Below are positions 25,826 to 32,000 of a stretch of DNA of 32,000 nt, piece by piece. The first letter of the stretch is position 1; each line of letters begins with the position of its first letter. The notes beneath the pieces are model-generated. The model saw only the letters and a list, made by a program, of their open reading frames with translations. It made no database searches and was not told the DNA's origin. The position numbers were made by a program, and so were the translations under genes. This DNA comes from Kineococcus radiotolerans SRS30216 = ATCC BAA-149 (lineage in GTDB: Bacteria > Actinomycetota > Actinomycetes > Actinomycetales > Kineococcaceae): the NCBI RefSeq assembly GCF_000017305.1, contig NC_009664.2, positions 1,410,001 through 1,442,000 of the forward strand, given 5' to 3'.

Positions 25826-26463
25826 GAGGCCCGCCCGTGCCACTGCGTGCGCAGGGCCCGGGCCGCGGCCTCGGGGTCCGCGGCGGCGCAGACCTCGGAG
25901 ACGACGCAGAACCCGGCGATGCCGCTGCCGCGCAGCGCGTCCAGGTTGTCGGGGTGGATCCCGCCGATGGCGACGCAGGGCACCGGGGCGGCGGCCACGA
26001 CCGCCCGCAGGCCCTCGGGGCCCAGGGGGGCCGCGGCGTCGGGCTTGGTGGCGGTGGCCCGGACGGGCCCGACGCCGAGGTAGTCGACCACGGCCGGGTC
26101 GACGGCGGCGGCCTGCGCGGGGGTGGAGACCGACAGCCCCAGCAGCAGGTCGGGGGCCAGGCGCCGCACCTCGGCGGCGGGCAGGTCGGACTGGCCCAGG
26201 TGCACCCCGTCGGCGCCGGCGATCAGCGCGATGTCCACGGCGTCGTCGACGATCAGCGCGACCCCGGTGCCCCGCAGCACGTCCTGGACGGCGCGGACGA
26301 GGGCGAGGCGTTCCCGGTCACCGCCGTCCTTGGCCCGGACCTGCACGGCGCTCACCCCGCCCGCGACGGCGGCGCGGACCACGGCGGGCACCCCGCGCGG
26401 GCCGCACAGCCCGGTGTCGGTGACGAGGTAGAGGGTCGGGTCGAACGCGGGCCGGGGGCTCAC
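25822..26463 (-). CDS. thiE: Thiamine-phosphate synthase ThiE
   Basis: [34 protein letters not shown], and VAIGGI motifs. GTG 26463 overlaps the thiM stop (GTGA). The upstream 309 aa of the 522-aa track ORF is shadow frame over thiM. Confidence 0.92.
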
Positions 26464-27287
26464 GCGAGGCGCCCGCTGGTCTCGAGGTCCGCGCGGACGG
26501 CGTCGGCGTCGACGGCGTCGAGCTCGTCGATCCAGGCGGTGGCGAAGGAGCCCGGGCGCGCGGCGCGCGCCGCGGCGCGCTCGGCGGCGATGGCGACGTG
26601 GACGTGCGCGGCGGCGGCGGCCACCAGCGGGTCGTCCTCGACGGCGGCGTAGGCGGCGACCAGCGCCCCGAGGGAGCACCCGGCCCCGGTCGTGCGGGTC
26701 AGCAGCACGTGCCCGCCGGAGACCCGCAGGGTCCGCCCGTCGTGCACGAGGACGTCGACGACCCCGGAGACGGCGACGGCCCCGCCGGTGCGGCGGCTCA
26801 GCTCGCGGGCGGCCTCGACGGCCTCCTCGGCCCCGGCGGTGGAGTCGACGCCGCGACCCCCGGAGCCGGCCCCGGCCAGCCCGAGGACCTCGGAGGCGTT
26901 GCCGCGGACCACCGTCGGGGAGGAGGCGAGCAGGTCGCGGGCGACGCGGGTGCGGAACTCCAGCCCGCCGACGGCGACGGGGTCGAGCACCCACGGGGTG
27001 CGGGAGCGGTCGGCGGACTGCGCGGCCAGGCCCATGGCCCGGGCCCGGTCGTCGTCGAGGGTCCCGACGTTGACGAGGACGGCGGAGGCGATCTGCGCGA
27101 ACGCCGCGGACTCGTGGACGTTGTCGACCATGGCGGGCGCGGCGCCCGCGGCGAGCAGGGCGTTCGCGGTGATGGTCTGCACCACGGAGTTGGTGAGGCA
27201 CTGCACGAGCGGGGCCCGCTCGGTCAGGGCGGCGCGCGCCGCGGCGAGGGCGGGGGCGGGTACGGGGTGCGGTGCGACGGCCGACAT
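26460..27287 (-). CDS. thiM: Hydroxyethylthiazole kinase ThiM
   Basis: [35 protein letters not shown], and TGAGCSLGA motifs. ATG 27287 lies just 3' of the TPP riboswitch. The ATG at 27311 falls inside the conserved riboswitch GGUAAUGC element and is rejected. Confidence 0.92.
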
Positions 27288-27292
27288 GCCGT

Positions 27293-27374
27293 GACATCCC
27301 TTCGTCAGCATTACCTGCGTCAGGTTCGACGGGTGTGATCTCAGCTGCGCGATCCGCGCGCAGCACCCCGTGTC
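27293..27374 (-). ncRNA. TPP (THI-box) riboswitch in the thiM leader
   Basis: The minus-strand RNA reads GACACGGGGUGCUGCGCGCGGAUCGCGCAGCUGAGAUCACACCCGUCGAACCUGACGCAGGUAAUGCUGACGAAGGGAUGUC. It has GGGGUGC, a P3 hairpin (CUGCGCG/CGCGCAG), CUGAGA, ACCC, GAACCUGA, GGUAAUGC and CGAAGGGA, with P1 GACA/UGUC. The AAGGGA that would act as SD is part of the aptamer 3' side. A TAnnnT -10 candidate, TACGGT (27387..27382), sits 7 nt upstream of P1. Confidence 0.92.
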
Positions 27375-27431
27375 GCGAGCGACCGTACACCGGCCGGGTT
27401 TGCCTCCCGGCTCCCGGGGTAGGTCGTCTCC

Positions 27432-27887
27432 ATGACCTTCGACATGGCGGGGAAGGCGACCCGGGAACGGCCCCGGGTCACGGCTGCGCAGTACCTGTCG
27501 CTCATCGCGGGGGCCCTGCTGGTCGTGCTCGGGCTGGCGGGGTTCGCCGTGACCGGTTTCTCCGACTGGACCGGCGGCACGAAGGAGCAGCAGGTCATCG
27601 GGTTCGCGGTCAACCCGCTGAGCAACGTCCTGCACCTGGTGCTGGGGGCGCTGGGTCTGCTGGGCCGCACCGGGGCGCGGCGGGCCCGCTGGTACGGGAT
27701 CCTGCTGTTCCTCGTCGGCGCGGCGCTGTTCACCTACGGCGCGCTGTCGGCCGACCACGACGGGGACCCGCTGAACCTCAACTGGCCGACGAGCACCCTG
27801 CACGCGGTGCTCGCGGTCGCCGGGCTCGTGATGGCGTTCGTCCCGGTCAAGACCCCGCCCCAGCCCACGACGGCCGAGCTGAAGTGA
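27432..27887 (+). CDS. DUF4383 membrane protein
   Basis: 151 aa with 4 TM segments. Characteristic [16 protein letters not shown] motif. Divergent from the thi operon. Confidence 0.8.
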   Translation: MTFDMAGKATRERPRVTAAQYLSLIAGALLVVLGLAGFAVTGFSDWTGGTKEQQVIGFAVNPLSNVLHLVLGALGLLGRTGARRARWYGILLFLVGAALFTYGALSADHDGDPLNLNWPTSTLHAVLAVAGLVMAFVPVKTPPQPTTAELK

Positions 27888-27888
27888 A

Positions 27889-27918
27889 CGGCCGGTGCCC
27901 CGGCAGGGGCACCGGCCG
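27889..27918. terminator. Perfect 13-bp hairpin between convergent DUF4383 and the aldo/keto reductase gene
   Basis: CGGCCGGTGCCCC, loop GGCA, GGGGCACCGGCCG. It starts 2 nt after the DUF4383 stop and ends 6 nt before the AKR stop. Confidence 0.7.
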
Positions 27919-27923
27919 CGGGG

Positions 27924-28958
<1,035 letters not shown>

Positions 28959-29022
28959 GGACCGATCCTGGCACGGGTACGGGTACGGGCACGGGCCGGC
29001 GGTCGCGCTCGGCCCGGCCCGC

Positions 29023-29745
29023 TCACCCCACGTCGACCGCGCCGGCCCGGACCGCCCCGCGTACGAGGACCCCGGCGTCCACCACCTGCAGGTCCTGCAG
29101 CTCGACCTCGGCGGGCACGTCGGTGAGGGCGACCGACCAGCCGTCGTAGCCGGCCGCCTCGAGCAGGTCCTCGGCGCGGCGCAGGGAGACGTCCGCGCCG
29201 GCGACCTCGGCGTCCAGCGGTTCCAGCCGCACCGTGGAACCGTCCAGCTCCGGCCGCACCCGCAGGGCGAGGTCGAGCCCGAGGGTGAACACCTCCACGC
29301 GCGTGGTGGCCCGGACAGCGTCCCCGGAGCGGGCCAGCGCGACGTCCAGCCCCCGCGCCGACACCTGCCGGGCGAGGTCGTCGAAGGACACCTCGGCCCG
29401 CACGGTGCCCGCGGCGACGTCGACGGTCCCCGGGCGCCCCAGGAGCACCTCCCGGGGGACGTCCACCGCGGGGATCCGCACCCGCACGTCGTGCAGCGCG
29501 ACCGACCCTGCGGGGACGTCCTCGGCGCGCACGGTGACGTCCTCGAAGCGCCCGCGCAGGACCTGCAGGAGGAACGACCCGCCGGCGAGGTCGACGGCGG
29601 GGTCGGCGGGCAGGTCGTAGCGGGCCCGCAGCTCCCCGGCGACCCGGGCCGTGGCCCAGCTGCGGGCGGCCAGGTCGGCGGCGACGAGGACCACCCCCAG
29701 CGCCAGCACGGTCACCAGCAGGGGGATCAGTCGGCGGCGGGTCAC
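29023..29745 (-). CDS. DUF2993 (LmeA-like) membrane-anchored protein
   Basis: N-terminal anchor RRRLIPLLVTVLALGVVLVAADLAA. A repetitive beta-rich body follows (VDLAGGSFLLQVLRGRFEDVTV...VALHDVRV...), typical of DUF2993. Start taken as GTG 29745; the track start at 29811 would overlap the divergent thioredoxin start. Confidence 0.75.
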   Translation of the reverse strand: MTRRRLIPLLVTVLALGVVLVAADLAARSWATARVAGELRARYDLPADPAVDLAGGSFLLQVLRGRFEDVTVRAEDVPAGSVALHDVRVRIPAVDVPREVLLGRPGTVDVAAGTVRAEVSFDDLARQVSARGLDVALARSGDAVRATTRVEVFTLGLDLALRVRPELDGSTVRLEPLDAEVAGADVSLRRAEDLLEAAGYDGWSVALTDVPAEVELQDLQVVDAGVLVRGAVRAGAVDVG

Positions 29746-29803
29746 GCGACCACTGTGCCGGACGGGCGGGAAGGGCTGGCGGCCCGTCGTGGTTGGAAGG
29801 GGC

Positions 29804-30253
29804 ATGAGCACTCAGGCCCTGACCCTGGAGACGCACGACGACACCGTGAAGGACGGCATCGTCCTCATCGACTTCTGGGCGGACTGGTGCGGTCCGTGCA
29901 AGCAGTTCGCGCCCGTCTTCGAGCAGGCCTCCGAGGCCCACGAGGACATCACGTTCACCAAGGTGGACACCGAGGACCAGCAGCAGCTCGCCGCCCGTTA
30001 CGGGATCACCTCGATCCCGACCCTGGTCGCCTACCGCGACGGCATCCCCGTCTTCGGTCAGCCCGGCGCCCTCCCCGCTCCCGCCCTGGAGCAGCTCATC
30101 GAGCAGGTGCGCTCGCTGGACATGGACCAGGTGAAGCGCCAGTACGCCCAGGCCCTGGAGCAGGAGCAGGCCAAGCAGCAGGCGCAGGCCGCGCAGGCCC
30201 AGGCCGCCCAGCGCCAGGGCGTGCGCGCGGGGACGGACCCCGCCGCGTTCTGA
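29804..30253 (+). CDS. trxA: Thioredoxin with about 45-aa Gln/Ala-rich C-terminal extension
   Basis: ATG 29804 preceded by GGAAGGGG. Active site DFWADWCGPCK. cis-Pro loop SIPT. The fold ends around residue 105. The tail is DMDQVKRQYAQALEQEQAKQQAQAAQAQAAQRQG.... Confidence 0.9.
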   Translation: MSTQALTLETHDDTVKDGIVLIDFWADWCGPCKQFAPVFEQASEAHEDITFTKVDTEDQQQLAARYGITSIPTLVAYRDGIPVFGQPGALPAPALEQLIEQVRSLDMDQVKRQYAQALEQEQAKQQAQAAQAQAAQRQGVRAGTDPAAF

Positions 30254-30270
30254 CCGACCCGTCACCAGGA

Positions 30271-30297
30271 GACCCCGCACCGCTCCGGTGCGGGGTC
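30271..30297 (+). terminator. Intrinsic-terminator-like hairpin after the thioredoxin gene
   Basis: GACCCCGCACCG, loop CTC, CGGTGCGGGGTC (12-bp perfect stem), followed by TTCCT. It begins 18 nt after the trx stop. Confidence 0.75.
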
Positions 30298-30474
30298 TTC
30301 CTGCGTCCGGGGCCGTGGACCCGCGGGCGCGCACTTTCGTCACCCTGATCGGGTCACCCGTGACGGGAACGGCGGGTGCCTGCTCCGATCGGTGGCTGGA
30401 GGTGCGGCACCGGTGGACCCGGGGCAGCGTGGTCCCCGTTCCACCTCCGTCGTCCCCGGGAAGGACCCCTTCCG

Positions 30475-30642
30475 GTGCTCACCGTCCTGCTCTGCACCGT
30501 CTCCGTCGTCGCCGCCGTCTGCGCCGCGATCCGCATGGAGGCGTGGTTGTCCACCGCCCCGCCCGTCCCCGCCGCGCGTGGGCGGGCCCAGACCGACGCC
30601 GCGCGGCGCGACGCCGCCACGGCGGGTCGTCCCGCGCGCTGA
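30475..30642 (+). CDS. Possible small membrane protein (55 aa)
   Basis: GTG 30475 lies about 9 nt after GGGAAGGA. One hydrophobic segment (VLTVLLCTVSVVAAVCAAI), then a basic tail. Support is weak: a short ORF in a high-GC background. Confidence 0.25.
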   Translation: MLTVLLCTVSVVAAVCAAIRMEAWLSTAPPVPAARGRAQTDAARRDAATAGRPAR

Positions 30643-30668
30643 CCGAGCAGCGGTCCGCGGAACCGACC

Positions 30669-31139
30669 TCACGCGGCCAGGGTCACCGTGGGCCGCAGCA
30701 GCGAGCGCAGGACGAGGAAGTTCGTGAGGCCCACCAGCCCCGTCACGACGTACACCACGACCAGCCCGCTCGCTCCGCTGGCCCCCGGGACGAGGTGGTG
30801 CCAGGCGGCCAGCGCGGCCGTGCTGAGGACCAGCCCCACCACCGCCGCCGCTCCCCCGGCCCCGTGCCCCTTGAACCACGCCGTGGAGCGCCCCCCGGGG
30901 AACGTGAACCGGCGGTGCAGCTCGTTGGTCACCAGCGTGGAGAGCACGACCGCCACCACGTTCACCGCCACCACCGGCACCACCGCCCACGCGGACAGGG
31001 CCAGGAACACGGCGGCGTGGGCGACGTTGCCGGTGAGACCCGCCAGCACGAACCGCCCCAGCGTCCACACCCGCGCCACCCGCTCGCGCCGGGCGAGGAC
31101 GGGCGGAGCCGGCGGCGAAGGTGCGGTGCAGGTGATCAC
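30669..31139 (-). CDS. GtrA-like membrane protein
   Basis: Four TM segments with the GtrA-type pattern (GRFVLAGLTGNVAHAAVFLAL ... NELHRRFTF ...). The start is uncertain. GTG 31139 gives the usual ~156 aa. The open frame continues to ATG 31376, but that extension has lower GC3 (about 77% by my count) and is not membrane-like. Confidence 0.7.
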   Translation of the reverse strand: MITCTAPSPPAPPVLARRERVARVWTLGRFVLAGLTGNVAHAAVFLALSAWAVVPVVAVNVVAVVLSTLVTNELHRRFTFPGGRSTAWFKGHGAGGAAAVVGLVLSTAALAAWHHLVPGASGASGLVVVYVVTGLVGLTNFLVLRSLLRPTVTLAA

Positions 31140-31664
31140 CACGCCAGTCTGCCCACCGGGGTAGCGCACCGCGTCGTCCGCGGGGACCGTCTCCGGCTCA
31201 TCCCGCTGCCGTACGTGTCGTCCCGCCGCCTCCCCCGGAGGGTGGACCGCAGGGAACCCACGCGGGGCGAGTTCGGCGGAACGGGAGAGCGCCCGCCGTG
31301 GTCCGGAGGAGGCAGTCGATCCGCGGCGGGGTGCGTCGGGGTGCGGATGCGTCCCCTCGAAAGCGTTGATCTCCATGGCGAACCGTCGGATGTCGTCGTC
31401 ACCGTCGTGGTCGTAGCAGTCGATCAGCCTGCGTCGACACGGCGACCAGCGCCCATCAGTTCGACCACCGGTTCGTGCTGCCCTCGACGGTGCCGGTCAC
31501 GCCGACCACTGCATCGGCTCGACGTCAGCGCGGCGCTGCGTGGTGCCAGCCTTCGGCCGGGCGAGAGGGGACGGAAAATCACTCCGGCGGACAGACGATC
31601 GGAGGCGTCGACCCCGGGGCGGTGACGCCTCGTCGTCCCCGCCGAGATCCAGGATGCGCGGTGA

Positions 31665-31850
31665 TCAGCGGTTGCCCTGCAGGATTCGACGCAAGCGCTC
31701 TCGCCAGCCCGAGGGTGTGTATGCAGGGCAGGCTTCCGGCCCGCACCAGCCGCAGTCAGAACCCTTGCGGTAGTGCTCGTGGGCGTCGGCGGGGTGCCCG
31801 CACCGCGAGCAGAGGCAGTGTCGCGCACCCATGAGGAGAGCTTGACGCAT
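31665..31850 (-). CDS. Hypothetical Cys-rich small protein (55-61 aa), possible zinc ribbon
   Basis: Sequence MRQALLMGARHCLCSRCGHPADAHEHYRKGSDCGWCGPEACPAY.... Seven Cys and four His, arranged CxCxxC...H..H...CxWCxxxxC. GC3 is lower than in the core genes. A hairpin (GAGGCGTC...GACGCCTC, 31601-31631) lies downstream. Confidence 0.35.
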   Translation of the reverse strand: MRQALLMGARHCLCSRCGHPADAHEHYRKGSDCGWCGPEACPAYTPSGWRERLRRILQGNR

Positions 31851-32000
31851 CTGGTCGGTGCAGGCTCGACGAGCGTGTTCGACGCAGGATCACAGGATCA
31901 GTTGCGCTCGCCCCTCGACGGGGGACACGCACGATGGCCCCATGACGGTGGAGACCAGGCCGCGACCGATCGCCACGCCATCGCGCGCTTCGTCGCCGAC

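Noticed and set aside
26460-27803. 447-aa extended ThiM ORF and the alternative ATG at 27311.
   Set aside because: The extension runs through the TPP riboswitch and antisense to the DUF4383 gene. ATG 27311 is the AUG inside the conserved GGUAAUGC aptamer element.
31440-31520. GGTTCG motif (31470-31475) checked as a possible tRNA T-arm marking an integration site.
   Set aside because: I could not fold flanking sequence into a cloverleaf. There is no acceptor or anticodon stem complementarity and no CCA-proximal pairing.
31136-31834. ORFs 31136-31402 (-), 31424-31828 (-) and 31475-31834 (+).
   Set aside because: Arg/Pro/Ser-rich translations without motifs. They overlap one another and lack SD-start geometry. 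Treated as non-coding.

Overview
This window is a very high-GC (by eye about 70-75% G+C) chromosomal core segment of Actinomycetota type, densely packed with recognisable housekeeping and stress genes. I saw no rRNA, tRNA, CRISPR array, transposase or integrase.

Gene content, left to right:
- Phosphate supercluster: ppk1 (5'-truncated by the window edge), a MutT1-like Nudix/histidine-phosphatase fusion, and pstSCAB preceded by phased PHO-box-like repeats. Convergent with these is a minus-strand string: membrane metallophosphoesterase, 79-aa acidic ORF, DUF47 (PhoU-like), PiT transporter.
- An SDR, then a translationally coupled Fur-family regulator and catalase.
- A divergent HxlR / NmrA-type reductase pair.
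- A coupled DUF2236 / serine-hydrolase pair, then OsmC.
- A DEAD-box helicase with unusual low-complexity tails.
- ackA-pta.
- A TPP-riboswitch-controlled thiM-thiE-thiD-tenA salvage operon.
- DUF4383, a YghZ-like aldo/keto reductase, DUF2993, a thioredoxin with a Q/A-rich tail, and a GtrA-like protein.
- A lower-GC, poorly coding stretch with a Cys-rich mini-ORF at the 3' edge.

Six gene junctions use 4-nt GTGA/ATGA stop-start overlaps. Convergent junctions carry long GC-rich hairpins.

I do not see a convincing new multi-gene system such as a defence island or biosynthetic cluster. The most unusual items are:
- the FUS/LAF-1-like repeat tails on the helicase
- the 11-nt-phased PHO-box array
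- the predicted extracytoplasmic metallophosphoesterase and acidic ORF chained to DUF47-pit
- the compositionally atypical 3' end

Many very long ORFs in the six-frame track are GC-driven shadow frames and were rejected.
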